Below are positions 29,566 through 41,794 of a DNA stretch of 64,000 nt, piece by piece. The notes beneath the pieces were generated by a model that searched no databases, was not told the DNA's origin, and saw only the letters and a program-made list of their open reading frames with translations. This DNA is from Octopus sinensis. Its lineage: Eukaryota. The stretch covers positions 33,976,001 through 34,040,000 of the forward strand of contig NC_043003.1 in NCBI RefSeq assembly GCF_006345805.1, given 5' to 3'. The position numbers were made by a program, and so were the translations under genes. Position 1 is the stretch's first letter. Each line of letters starts with the position of its first letter.

Positions 29566-29673
29566 TCTTTGGACTATGCATAGTTTCGATGTAAATTTTG
29601 GCAAACCAGCTCAATTAAATTAAATTAAATCTAATTAAATCAATTTACCACTGGCCCGTCTCATCGGCAAAGA
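29566..29673 (-). ncRNA. Type I hammerhead, extended stem II (core CCGAUGA), unit 1
   Basis: UCUUUG-CCGAUGA-GA[CGGGCCAG...CUGGUUUG...]UC-GAA-ACUAUGCAUAGU-C-CAAAGA. Confidence 0.75.
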
Positions 29674-30051
29674 AGCCAGGGGAAATATATATTCCACGAG
29701 GTAACAGCATCGATGCCTCGGGAATATATACTCCAAACTTTCAAAATCTACCGTCATCGCGCCAACTTATCAGCAGCAAATATAAACTGCTGATTTAATT
29801 TCAGAATTAGCCAAAAAATCATTAATTAATCAATATCAGGGTAGCAAAAAATCAAGAGAAATTTTTTCGCCACCAGCGATCTAATGAGAAAGAAAAAATA
29901 GTCAACAGACTATATAATTTACATTCAACAATAATATTAAGGAATGGCCTTGATAGGCCATTCGACTCACTAAAACGAGCAGCCAATCTCAAACCGCTAA
30001 ATAGTAGTAATTCAGAAACCAAAGGAAAATTAAAAACATTTAGCCTTATCA

Positions 30052-30159
30052 TCTTTGGACTATGCATAGTTTCGATGTACATTTTGGCAAACCAGCTCAA
30101 TTAAATTAAATTTAATTTAATTTAATCAATTTACCACTGGCCCGTCTCATCGGCAAAGA
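30052..30159 (-). ncRNA. Type I hammerhead, extended stem II (core CCGAUGA), unit 2
   Basis: Same architecture 486 bp away; core and stems I and III identical to unit 1. Confidence 0.75.
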
Positions 30160-30275
30160 AGCCAGGGGGAACATACGTTCTACGAGGCAACAGCATCGAT
30201 GCCTCGGGAATTTATACTCTAAACTTTCAAAATCTACCGTTTGAGTTTGGCTGCTCGTTTTAGTGAGTCGAATGG

Positions 30276-30331
<56 letters not shown>

Positions 30332-30336
<5 letters not shown>

Positions 30337-30510
30337 AGAGTTTACGAAAAAAACAAAAGACGAAGACAGGTGGTGTACAAAACAAACAGATGTATTAGTA
30401 TAACGCTCAGGAATAGAAACAGTCTTTTACGTTTCGAGCCTACGCTCTTCTACAGAAAGGGACACAGAAAAAACAAGGAGAGAAAAAAATGTGTGTAGTG
30501 GCTAACGATC
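30332..30510 (-). mobile_element. Short repeat with a minimal HHR-like motif (30424-30459, core CUGUAGA)
   Basis: CUUU-CUGUAGA-A-GAGC-GUAG-GCUC-GAA-ACGU-A-AAAG; family copy at 10857-11070. Confidence 0.65.
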
Positions 30511-31199
30511 TGTACATACATATATACGATGAGCTTCTTTCAGTTTCCGTCTACCAAATCCACTCACAAGGCTTTGGTCGGCCTGAGGCTATAGTAGAAG
30601 ACAAGGTTCCACGCGGTTAGAATGTCTGTATCTTCCTTTACCCAAAGCCAGCAATATTTCATCATCCCCTTGTATAGTGTTTTTTTTTTTTCCTTCTATG
30701 CATGGGTTGGGTTAGATATAGTTACAGAATGTATCTGGCGATCCATTTGTTATTGGTACAATAGGGAACGCACAAACATATATGTAAATATATTGGCAGA
30801 CATCTTAAAGTTATATATTTGCGTATTCCAGAAAATATTTATTTTAATTCTGTAGATAGTGTTAAGACACCTTCACGCTTCATTTGTTCCCCTTCAATAT
30901 TCTTGTTGCCCTTCAGAAGCTTTCTTAACATTTCGTTGTTCAGCAATAAAACACATGATAGCCAACTTAATCGAGGAGTTCAACTTAATCGAAATTACTA
31001 TTATATACACATTGTCTTTGCGATTGCATTGAAAGCCCTTAAATGTAAGAATATCTAACACGTTTGTCGAGTGAGATAAGAGTTATGCGGCTTTAATATT
31101 ACTGACTGTGTAATAATCAATGTTCAACAATTCGTGTTATTATTGTTGATTAACCTTGGCATTCTAGTTTTTAATCATGTAGTATATACATATACATAC

Positions 31200-31264
<65 letters not shown>

Positions 31265-31559
31265 ATCTATATTATATATATATATATATATGTATATATA
31301 TAATATGAAAAATAGATGAATAAATAGATAGATAAATAGAAAGAAGTAGAGAGGGAGAAAGAGAGGGAACTACATTGTCTACAATCGCTTTGCTGTTTTG
31401 AGATACTATTGAGAGTTACTTGACAACTATTTTTAAGAAGTCAAGCGACCGCCTCGGTGCTTTCTTGTATATGATTAATTTCTTCAACTTTTAGCATAGC
31501 GACTCATAATTTATTTATTTTTTTAATCATCGAATATATTAATGTTATACGAATTATTT

Positions 31560-32200
31560 TCCATGTTATATGTACAATTTTCATAGTTTTGTTCATTCTG
31601 TTGAACTTCTGAATAAATTTAATGTATGTCATTCCAATTTCTTGTATGTGTTTTTTTTCTTTATATTTTTAATTGTTATATCCCACACCATTATAACATA
31701 TGCAGGCATGTATAATACCATTTTCATTTCTTCCAGTTTTATTGGGGAATTATTGATTTTGGATTTATAGTAATATTCATAGATCTTCCCTGTTTTAATT
31801 TATCTGCTATAATAATTTTGTTATCCAATATTACTGGTCTTTCCTTTACTTATCAGATGTTTTTTATAGTCCTGATTATTCACACAATATGTTAGCTATT
31901 GTATAGTGTTATATCTTTTACGTTCACTTTGATAATTTTTGTTTGAACATATATAGTTTTATTGATTCATTTACTATTTGTGTTTTCTCTTTATTCTCAT
32001 CTGTGAAAAGTATTTGGGGCATTAATTCTCTTTCAATAGGAATCGTTAATATTATGTCCTTAATTATTTTTGTTTGTTTTTGTATTGTGCTTGTCACATC
32101 TGCTTGGTTTACTCAAGTTGATATCTCTGTGGGGCGGTTACTGTTTTGTATTTTGCCTGATGTATTTCGCTTGTATGGTAACATTGTATTGGGTGGGAGG
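31560..32200 (-). pseudogene. Possible highly decayed Penelope-like GIY-YIG region
   Basis: Strand-biased, LINE-like composition with ILYM...IQEIGMT-like pieces; many stops. Confidence 0.25.
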
Positions 32201-32421
32201 CACGAAATACGGTGAATTGGCAGAATCTTGAGAGCATTTGCTGGCTGTATTTATTTCAAGTTCTTTACATTCTGAGTTCTAAACCGGCCGAGATCAACTT
32301 TGTCTTTCGTAATTTTGGTCTTGATAAAACAAATTACTAACGAAATTCTTGAGACGAACTAATCGACTGTGTGTTCGAGGATTCTTTAAACATGAAACTA
32401 CAGCTGGTGATCGCAAAGGAA

Positions 32422-32851
32422 GGATCTTTTCGGCTTGAACGGTAGTTATTTCTAGCGGTGTCATATGAAATTGTCATCCATAATTATGACCCTAGAATCG
32501 ATCTATTGCATTTGAATCTATTTTAGATTTAGGTTAGTTAGGGTTAGTTAGGGTTAGGGGGGGGTATCTTTTTTTTTCTTCACAAATGTAAATAAACCCA
32601 ATCTGTTTCTTAAACGAGGGACATATTCATACGGCACAGAATGTTTTCACCTCAATAGACGGTCATTGATTGGTTGAAATTGCCGAAATGCAAGAAATTA
32701 ATGACCAAATATCTTACAAACTATAGAATTTTCTCAATAAAGCCAAGAGAAAAAGATGTTTTATAAACACATTCTACCAGTATACGAAGTTTTAAATTTT
32801 TTAGTTACCTAGAAATTATGTTAAAAACTGCCGTTCAAACCGAAAAGATCC
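32422..32851. mobile_element. Non-autonomous TIR element (GGATC termini; Merlin/Mutator-like)
   Basis: TIRs ggatcttttcggcttgaacggtagtt / aactgccgttcaaaccgaaaagatcc; flanks caaaggaa / caaaagaa (7 of 8); subterminal cattctaccagtatacgaagtt shared with 47885-49102. Confidence 0.8.
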
Positions 32852-32907
32852 CAAAAGAATTTTCTTAATTCTACTTCAGCTTTAAAGATCACATTATTTA
32901 TGTGAGG

Positions 32908-33171
32908 GTGGAGGCGCATGGCTTAGTGGTTAGGGTATCAGCATCATTATCGTAAGATTGTGGTTTCGATTCCTGGACCGGGCGACGCGTTGTGTTCTTG
33001 AGCAAAACACTACATTTCACGTTGCTCCAGTCCACTCAGCTAGCAGAAATTAGTAACACTGCGATGGACTGGCGTCCCGTCCAGCTGCGGAACACATACG
33101 CCATAGAAACCGAGAAACCGGGCCCATGAGCCTGGCTAGGCTTTAAAAGGGCGCATTTATTATTTATTTAT
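32908..33171 (+). mobile_element. tRNA-derived SINE with Meta/V-like cores, (TTTA)n tail and TSD
   Basis: TSD ttatttatgtgagg at 32894-32907 and 33172-33185; A and B boxes; gcgatggactggcgtcccgtcc. Confidence 0.85.
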
Positions 33172-33489
33172 TTATTTATGTGAGGAACAGTGAACACAAG
33201 TACTATTAATTCTGAAAGCCACAATGAGTGTCCAATAACTTACGAGTTATATTGTTACTCATTGTTCGCAAACCAGTCTACAAAAGAAGAAAAATAGTGC
33301 AAAAGCGTTAATAATCACTTCATAAGAGATGCTATCTTCTGGTGTCTCATATTATTAGAAAAGATTTCATTTCCCCTAACCTGATTTACATCGGGGAAAG
33401 TAAGATGAAAGTAATTTTTTTTTTTTAATATTTTCAAATAATTCACACGGAAACATTGCTGCCGCATAAAACAATTGACCCAAATATAT

Positions 33490-33930
33490 AGAATGACATA
33501 TACAATATATATTTCTTTATTGCCCACAAGGGGCTAAACATAGAGAGGACAAACAAGGACAAACAAAGGGATTAAGTCGATTACATCGACCCCCAGTGCG
33601 AAACTGGTACTTTTATTTATCGACCCCGAAAGGATGAAAGGCAAAGTCGACCTCGGCAGAATTTGAACTCAGAACGTAACGACCGACGAAATACCTATTT
33701 CTTTATTACCCACAAGGGGCTAAACACAGAGGCAACAAACAAGGACAGACATAGGTATTAAGTCGATTACATCGACCCCCAGTGCGAAACTGGTACTTTT
33801 ATTTATCGACCCCGAAAGGATGAAAGGCAAAGTCGACCTCGGCAGAATTTGAACTCAGAACGTAACGACCGACGAAATACCGCTAAGCATTCCGCCCGGC
33901 GCGCTAACGTGTCTGCCAGCTCGCCGCCTA
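33490..33930 (-). mobile_element. Deu/Nin-like SINE with internal tandem duplication (dimer)
   Basis: Two near-identical ~180-bp units. Confidence 0.85.
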
Positions 33931-34559
33931 TATTGACATATACAAATAGAAACGTTGGAAGTAGAGAGGAGACGATTTAGAAACATCGTCCATCAGCTAT
34001 AAGTAAATATTTTATAACACTTTCTCTATATGGATAAATACAAGAATAGATACATATAATTTATAGTTTGAATAGGATTTATTAGGTATACTGTAACTAA
34101 GAGGAAAACTATAACGATTTTAAGTCAAACAATGAAATCAATTTTGCTGAGGAATGTAAAAATTAGAATGAATCATAGATTAACATACTGTTTCCATTAA
34201 TTTTTGGCATAGAACCCGAAGTCTTATATGAAATAGGTCAAAAAGTTAGAAACATGCGAATTGTGAGAATTGCTTGTATCTTGGAGATGTAAAGTAAAAT
34301 GCGAGCTAATCGAATTCTCACTTGATTTTCTCCAAAAATGTGTAAGAGTGAATTACAAAATGAATAGCAAGCAAAATCAAAACTGAGATAAATTAAAACA
34401 AGAAACAGATGAAGTATTGATTGATCTACAATTACATATAAGTATAATTTGTTAATTAGTAATAAATTTATTCCTAATCATATTTTTACAGGAAAAAAAA
34501 GGGAAAAATAAAAAGTTTAAGAGATCAAATTATCGAAAACAAACAGATAAAACAGAACA

Positions 34560-36173
34560 ACCTTACCAGGAAATGAAAGGAAAAGAAAAAGAAACAAGGG
34601 AATTGACCAAATGGCATGTTCAACCGCGTGTCAGGGAAATACTTGCAAAAGCGTTGCTGAGGAAGATGGCCAGCGACACTCTCTACAACCCTATCACCCC
34701 ACCACTCGGGTCTCATTTCTCAGACAGGCCGTGGTTATTGCGATATGGCGGAGGATATCTGCAGTGCGGGGTCCGAGAACACCAACGGTCTCGACGGTGA
34801 CCGGCACAAGCAGATAGTGGATGGCCAGGCTCCCGTATTTGCTTATCTTCCTCTTCTTTGCGTTACAGGTGGCGATACCTTGGTTTGCGGAGAATGTAGC
34901 GAGGCTGGAGATGGAGAACGTGTTGCAACGCGTCGCGTTTCAGAGTAAGGATATGCCTCCCTCATATGGGAAGAGGGTTATACTGTTTGAAGCTCTTACC
35001 AGCCCTGTGGAGAAGTCCCACTGGATCCAGTTGTGGCGGGAAGCCAACTGAGTAGAAGCATCTTCTAATTATGTCGGGGAAACCGGACCTCACTCACTAA
35101 GTCTGCAGAATAATAGATGCAGACCGAATTCATCGACTACAGTTACACAATGGCAGTTGTGCAGCTCACAAACGCAGAGACTGAGAAGCTGGGTCACTTC
35201 GATACGAGTGCCGCATCATCAAGAAGAGTACCGGTTCATGCGGCAATCACCATATTGTACCAGTGTTTGGCTGTGAAGCGGAAAGGGGACAGGCGAGGCG
35301 ATGCTACTCTAAGGATATGTCAGTCTACTTGCAGGTAGATTTCGATTAGAAATCGCCCCAGTTATATTCAACATCAGTATTCTGCGGGTTGGCAAGGACT
35401 TCAGTGGTATAATCGTCTAAAGCTGACTCTAGTTTCCAGGCCGCATTGAGTCTAGCCATCCTGTGGAGCACCTCCCCAATTAGGGTGCAGCTGGAGGAGC
35501 CTGAGGAAAGATAGGCCAGCAGAGCCAGGTCCACAGCTGAACGGAGGCAAAGAGCGCCGAGTTTAACAGGTGGTTTAGCCTGCAGGTAGCCGGCGGTACC
35601 AAATCTAACACTAAAGATCAATGCAACACATTGATTTGGCATCGGTTTCACTGAGGCAATCTATGAGAAGATAATATAGCGCAGTGAGTAGCGAGAAAAG
35701 GAGCTTAGGCAGGGCAAAGGAATTCCTCAAGAGAAAGAGCGCCGCGTACGCAAATGAGGTGCAATCTCTTAGTCATCTTTGATATCTACACTTGACTCCC
35801 TCTCCCTGCTGGACAGGGCGTAGTGCCTCGTTTAGGTTATCCCTGACTAATCTACATCCTATCCTGACCGGAAGTAGTCGAAAGACGTTGTCTGTTGCCC
35901 TCTGCTATTGGACAGGTGCCTACATAATATGAGAAAAGGAGCTTAGGCAGGGCAAAGGAATTCCTCAAGAGAAAGAGCGCCGCGTACGCAAATGAGGTGC
36001 AATCTCTTAGTCATCTTTGATATCTACACTTGACTCCCTCTCCCTGCTGGACAGGGCGTAGTGCCTCGTTTAGGTTATCCCTGACTAATCTACATCCTAT
36101 CCTGACCGGAAGTAGTCGAAAGACGTTGCCTGTTGCCCTCTGCTATTGGACAGGTGCCTACATAATATGAGAA
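34560..36173 (-). mobile_element. Decayed CRE-clade non-LTR retrotransposon (RT C-terminus and RLE)
   Basis: Minus strand LFLLRNSFALPKLLF, PVKLGALCLRSAVDLALLAYLSS, ITLFPYEGG..L..T..NT, RKISKYGSL..HYLLVPVTVETVGVLGP, RVSLAIFLSNA. Confidence 0.8.
35693..36173. repeat. 238-bp direct tandem duplication at the truncated 5' end of the CRE element
   Basis: 35693-35930 equals 35931-36168 with one mismatch seen (gttgtctg vs gttgcctg). Confidence 0.95.
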
Positions 36174-37947
36174 TGGTGGGAACAGATCTGCACAACATAA
36201 TTTCATAAGAGATATTTATTAAAATGTTGGACCAAAAATGTATGCAAAAACTATATGAAACTGCAATATGTAAGAATAGTTAGAGATATAACTGCCTTCA
36301 ACGAGGTTCGGTAGCACGATCTTAGTCTCATAGTATTATGCCAAAAATTCTTCCTATTGTATTTTAAAATAATGAAAGTTTCAAACACTGGCATATTTTG
36401 TATGATCAATATTTGATAAGTCTCTTATATGACTAGTCTTATTTTGTTTTCTATCGCTCCTCAATTCCTTCCACCAGCAGAACGTATAATGATCACATTA
36501 AAAATGGTTTTCCCATTATTAGAATAATAATTGTAACAATTGATGACATACCGAATGTTCTCATTTTTGTGGGGGTATGCAGAATATCCCAATCGACTCT
36601 AGTGTTTGGTTGGTACCACGAAGATATAGAAATTTCTTATATCGATCTTATTTTGCAAATGATGGGTTTGTAACATTGATGTCAAACATTTTTCTTTCGT
36701 TCATTTTTATATTCCTATATTTATTTCCTTATTTCGAAAATTATCTGAACGTGAACCATTATACGAAAAGGATATAATTCAAAACTACAAACTACAGGAG
36801 TAACACATTTTCTTCACCGGCTTTATTATGGTATCACATTTAAAAGCAAGATATCGAATAGAGTCTTTGAATAAATATGAATCTGCCTGGTCTGAAAGAA
36901 GAAAAAAGTTCAAAAAGAAAATTTTATTAAAAATGTAAAAAGGAATATTTTGCAAGAAAATTTATTGAATGAGAGAGAGAAAGAGAGAGAGAGAGAGAGA
37001 AATTTAACGACTTTTCTCTAGAAATGTCTGTAAATCATAATATTTTTTTAGTTCAATTATTTATTTTTGTACTTGCGTTGATTCTTAGCTTGTTTGTTTA
37101 TTGACTTGTCTCTCTTTTTTTATCGTATATTTTTTTTTCTGTGTGACAGCTAATATGTGCGCTTGCGTGAAGGGTCAGTTTGAATGTGGGTTTATAGCCA
37201 CGAACCTACGCTAGAACATTTTATGGTCTTCTCTCGTGGATATCAGCAAGTATCATAACTTAAATGAAGCCAGATGATGAATCTAATTACAAAGTCAGTG
37301 TTGTATCCCAGAGTTTCACTTTTCTCCGGGTGCAAAATGTCGTCCAGCGGCTGTAATTTACCCAGGCTTGATGTCATAAATAATCGTTCACTTGAAGTAA
37401 TCATGAAACTAACCCAACACCACACTTTTCTCGCTGATTCCATTTTCCCATGTTTTGTATGTGTGGTGTTCTTTTTATTGATATTAATGTTACTTCTGTT
37501 ATTGTTGTTATTGTTAGAGATGTTGCTGTTACTTTTGTTGTTTGTATGGCAATTAATATTACAATTCTTATTATTATCTCACAACAGTTCATCTGACGTC
37601 ATTCTTTGAAGGCATTTCTCTATTGCTTTCTTAACTATGCTCTCCCACCTGCAACTAACCACCAGCATCTTTTCTTGTATAACAGCCCAGTTATAGTTTT
37701 CCCAGCCGTTGGTCCATTATAATTATTATTATTATTAATTATGTCGCCATGGCTAGATGTGATTTTAATCCGTAAGTTGATGTTGGTTGTTGTGTTTCTT
37801 GAATTTTGTTGACTGTTTTGTTTTCTGAACCCCTTTTCGTGTGCAGAAGGGGTCCGTTTGTTAAAAGTTCCCCCTTTTATGGGCGAATTTTGTGCTTGTA
37901 GCTCTTTTTCAAAACAATTTTTGTTGCTTCTCGGTGAGAAGAACAAG

Positions 37948-39608
37948 ATGGCTTCCTCTGTCGAGGAGAGTGGCAGTGACTATTCTGACGGCCAATACCT
38001 CGATGATCCTCCCTCTGAACAGCACAAATAACAGCACCAGTACTACCATTAACACAGAAAAAGAAAAGAATCAAGAAAACACCGCCAACGCAACTACCGC
38101 CATGAACACAAACAACACGAACGAAAAAGAAAACTCAAACAAGATGAACAACGGGAAACCAAGCGGCAACGGTCTCGCCTCTGCGACGAGACAAACGAAC
38201 GGTCTTGACTCTGCGACGAGACAAACGAAAGAAAAATTAATTTTACTTTAGACGAAGTAAAAAGATACAAAGGAATTGTTAAGGAGAGAGGGGAACAATG
38301 TCCTCCTTAACAGCCCACATAATTTAATAAGAGAGGCAAACAAAAAGACAGTAACTTATAAAGTTTTGAACATAAAAAAGAAAAAGGACGAACAGGCCAC
38401 TCAGCAACAGCTAGAGTTAATTCTAAAGCCTATATGGAAACAAAAGACCTATGTGACTCAAGGAAGACGCTTCGGCACTGTGGAAATGCGTTTTGCAATA
38501 GAAGAAGTAAAACAGCATTCCACAGTGCCTCTCTAAACTGCTGAATTTATACTCGTGCCGACACATCTTGGTCCTCGCATTATACGAATAACATTAGGGA
38601 GGTGCCGCCAGAAATCAATATATGCCGGCTGGTGGCGGCGGTCCTCCTAGACATAGAGGACGCTTCCACAATACTGGAGGTTCACAAGTTGCAACAACAA
38701 AATTGGTTGAGTCAGGGCATGGAGCTCCTTGTTCAAATTGAACAAGAAACAATAACCTCCATTTCCAATTCGATAAAACTGCATTATGGCAGCAGACTAC
38801 GTCGCTGTGGTGGGGAGGAGGCCAAGATGTTACTTTTGTGGTGAACAAGGCCAACTCACGGTCTTCTGCCTTAAAGAAAAGGAGAGGCCATTTTGTTGAC
38901 ACCCGCACTGGAAGCACCTCCAGTACAGCAGCAACAACAACAGTAACAGATACAGCAGAAGCAGAAACCGGTGATCACCCAATCACCAACACCATCACCA
39001 CCAGCGATACCACTTCTAGCTGTCGCCAGGGCACCACAAACACCAACAACAAAGACACCAACCGGAGTACCACCACCACTAGCCAGAGTACTACAACCAA
39101 CAGCCGGAGTACCACAACCACCAACCGGAGTATCACCACTACTAGTAGCAGTAACATCACCACCAGCAGCTACTGTAGCAGCAACAAATGAACCCCAACA
39201 AATCTAAGACCTAGAGAAAATCCCTCTTCCTGTCCCAAACAACTCAGACTGTTCGAGTACTGAGATCGAGGGGGGATTGGCAAACAGTCCCTACACCCGC
39301 ACCAAAAAAAAAAAGGAAAAAAAAGACTAAAGAGACACTAGAAGAAAAAGGGGGAGGTGCAAAGAAGTGGAACTTCCCTACAGCAGTAACACTCACAACA
39401 ATCAACAATAAAAAAAACACCTCTACCAGCACAATGTACAACAAAAACAGACTCCACAAACACCACCAACCTCGCAGCTATCAACACAGACAACGTAGAT
39501 CTTGTTACACACCTCAGAAAAAAACACAAGCACCACAATAGAAGACTGTCTGCTCAACACACAACGCGCCACTACCACCAATGTGATCGGCTTAACCGCT
39601 CCCAGGTA
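37948..39608 (+). pseudogene. Decayed ORF1 and start of ORF2 (APE) of a probable L1/Tx1-like LINE
   Basis: MASSVEESGSDYSDG..., GRRFGTVEMRF..., low-complexity Thr/Ser linker, then TTNVIGL (APE N-terminal xNVxGL-like) cut off by a SINE; multiple stops and frameshifts. Confidence 0.5.
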
Positions 39609-39790
39609 GATGGAGTAAGACGATTACATTGACCCCACCGCTCAACTTGTACTTATTTTATCGACTCTGAAAAGAAGAAAGGCAAAAGTCGACCCTGGTG
39701 ACGTTTGAACTCAGAACGTAAAGACGAACGAAATACCGCAGAGAATTTCATTCGACATGCTTATGATTCTGCTAGGTCGTTGCCTTAAGT
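39600..39790 (-). mobile_element. Deu/Nin-like SINE copy, diverged
   Basis: gaaaggcaaaagtcgacc...tttgaactcagaacgtaaagac. Confidence 0.7.
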
Positions 39791-40028
39791 GTAGCATAGA
39801 GATTAGAAGTGTACAGTTGCTGGTGTCATCTTGATAGAATAAGCCTATGACCAAAGGCATTACATTCGTAACATCGCATCTTATTTTAGGCATACCTTAT
39901 CACGGATTACATTAGCCAGTGTGTCCCTCCCTATTTTAAGACTGTAATATGTGATTTAAGAAAAAAATTGGGCCGATGTTTTTAGTATATCGAGCGGCCT
40001 CAGAATACTTCAGTAATGAGTGAAATGT

Positions 40029-40415
40029 GGAGGCGCAATGGCCCAGTGGTTAGGGCAGCGGACTCGCGGTCGGAGGATCGCGGTTTCGGTTCCCAGACCG
40101 GGCATTCTGAGTGTTTATTGAGCGAAAACACCTAAAGCTCCACGAGGCTCCGGCAGGGGATGGTAGTGAACCCTGCTGTACTTTTTCACCATACCTTTCT
40201 CTCGGTCTTTCTTCCTGTTTCTTTTGTACCTGTATTTCAAAGGGCCAGCCTTGTCACAATCTGTGTCACGCTGAATCTCCTCGAGAACTACGTTAAGGGT
40301 ACACGTGTCTGTGGAGTGCTCAGCCACTTGCACGTTAATATCACGAGCAAGCTGTTCCGTTGATTGTATCAGCTGGGATCCTCATCGTCGCAACCGATGG
40401 AGTGCTAGAAAAAAA
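40029..40415 (+). mobile_element. Full-length tRNA-derived SINE with TSD
   Basis: TSD aatgagtgaaa(t/a)gt at 40015-40028 and 40416-40429; intact A and B boxes. Confidence 0.9.
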
Positions 40416-41239
40416 AATGAGTGAAAAGTAGCGTTCATTACAGATGTATAAGAACGCTGCGATGATATACAGAGGTGCAGTGTACAAATGTAGAAATTTA
40501 GTGTAATGAAGTGATTATAGCTAGATGTAGAGTACAAATTTCGAAATGCACTGCATTGCAAAAATTGAGAATGTACTGCAGTGATGTGAATTGTCATTTA
40601 CACATATAGGAATGAAATGAACGTTAGCTGTGTACAAGCGTAACTTATTAAAATCTAGCGAAGTATGGTGCACAAATATTGGTTTCTAATTAGAGCACAA
40701 GGCCAGTAATTGTGAGGAATGGGGTAAGACGATTATAATTTACAATTTTTTCAAATGGATATTAATTTATAAGTCCAGAAAAAATACAATAGAATATCCT
40801 AATATTTCTGTCTCATGTATTAGATTTCTTATTTTGTAAGTGCGTGGAGGTAGGAATCTACTAATAATCACTAATAATTCTGCCATCGAATGAGGAGACT
40901 TTTGTGAAATCCACAATAAATATATAAATAAATCCACAATATATATATAAATAAATAAAGTTTTACTTGAGTTGGTAGCTGTTTACTATTTTTTTCATCA
41001 TTCCTCTTGATGTTCTCCCTTTTTTCCCATTCGCGTAAATATTTGCTTGCCTATAAGTGTGTGAGAGCACTAATACAACTGAATAAACTACTATAATTCA
41101 TGATTAGTATTTCATCACTCTACATCAATTCTGAGTGCAGATTGCGTACAAACCATATTTAAAAGGAGGAGGGGTGTCTTTCAACTGTTCAGTAGCGGTA
41201 ATATCAGACACACACACGCATAAATATACATATACTTTT

Positions 41240-41440
41240 CTACTCTAGGCACAAGGCCCAAAATTTTGGGGGAGGAAGCTAATCGATTAGATGGACCCCA
41301 ATACGTAACTGGTACTTAGTTTGTCGATCCCAAAAGGATGAAAGGCAAAGTCAACTTTGAACACAGAATGTAAAAGCAAACGAAATATCGGTAAGCATTT
41401 CGCCCGGCGTGCTAACGTTTCTGCCAGCTCACCTCCTTAT
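41240..41440 (-). mobile_element. Deu/Nin-like SINE copy
   Basis: aaaggatgaaaggcaaagtc...gcatttcgcccggcgtgctaacgtttctgccagctc. Confidence 0.8.
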
Positions 41441-41675
41441 ATATACATATATACATATACCGAGGGTATGAGAGGTGTTGGTGTCTAGAAGACCCAAAGA
41501 GTGTCGGGTTACGCTATGTAAGTGCTTTGGAGAGACCGTGGTTACACTCTTGGTTCGATAATGATACGAGTGCGGAGACTAACGTGAGCCCTGTATTAGC
41601 ATGCATATATATATTAGACCGAATGAGATAACAAATCCAGGGCTGAGAGGAGGTTTCAGGATATTTATAATGAAA

Positions 41676-41723
41676 ATCTTACAGTTGCTTCCGGAATATT
41701 AGGGATATCCCTTCATCAGAGAC
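41676..41723 (-). ncRNA. Mutated minimal type I hammerhead (opposite arm)
   Basis: GUCU-CUGAUGA-A-GGGAUAU-CCCUA-AUAUUCC-G-GAA-GC-AACU-GU-A-AGAU; A15.1 changed to G. Confidence 0.6.
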
Positions 41724-41794
41724 AGTGTGAGAATATATTTGAGTTCGAATTATGGTGGAAAATAATAATTCGAAATCAAATATTTTTTCACACC

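Larger units (their letters stand above)
29342..30240 (-). repeat. About 486-bp tandem repeat (1.85 copies), one hammerhead per unit; retrozyme-like or tandem pLTR
   Basis: 29342-29828 matches 29829-30240 at high identity; followed by a 38-nt inverted fragment of itself at 30241-30278. Confidence 0.9.
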
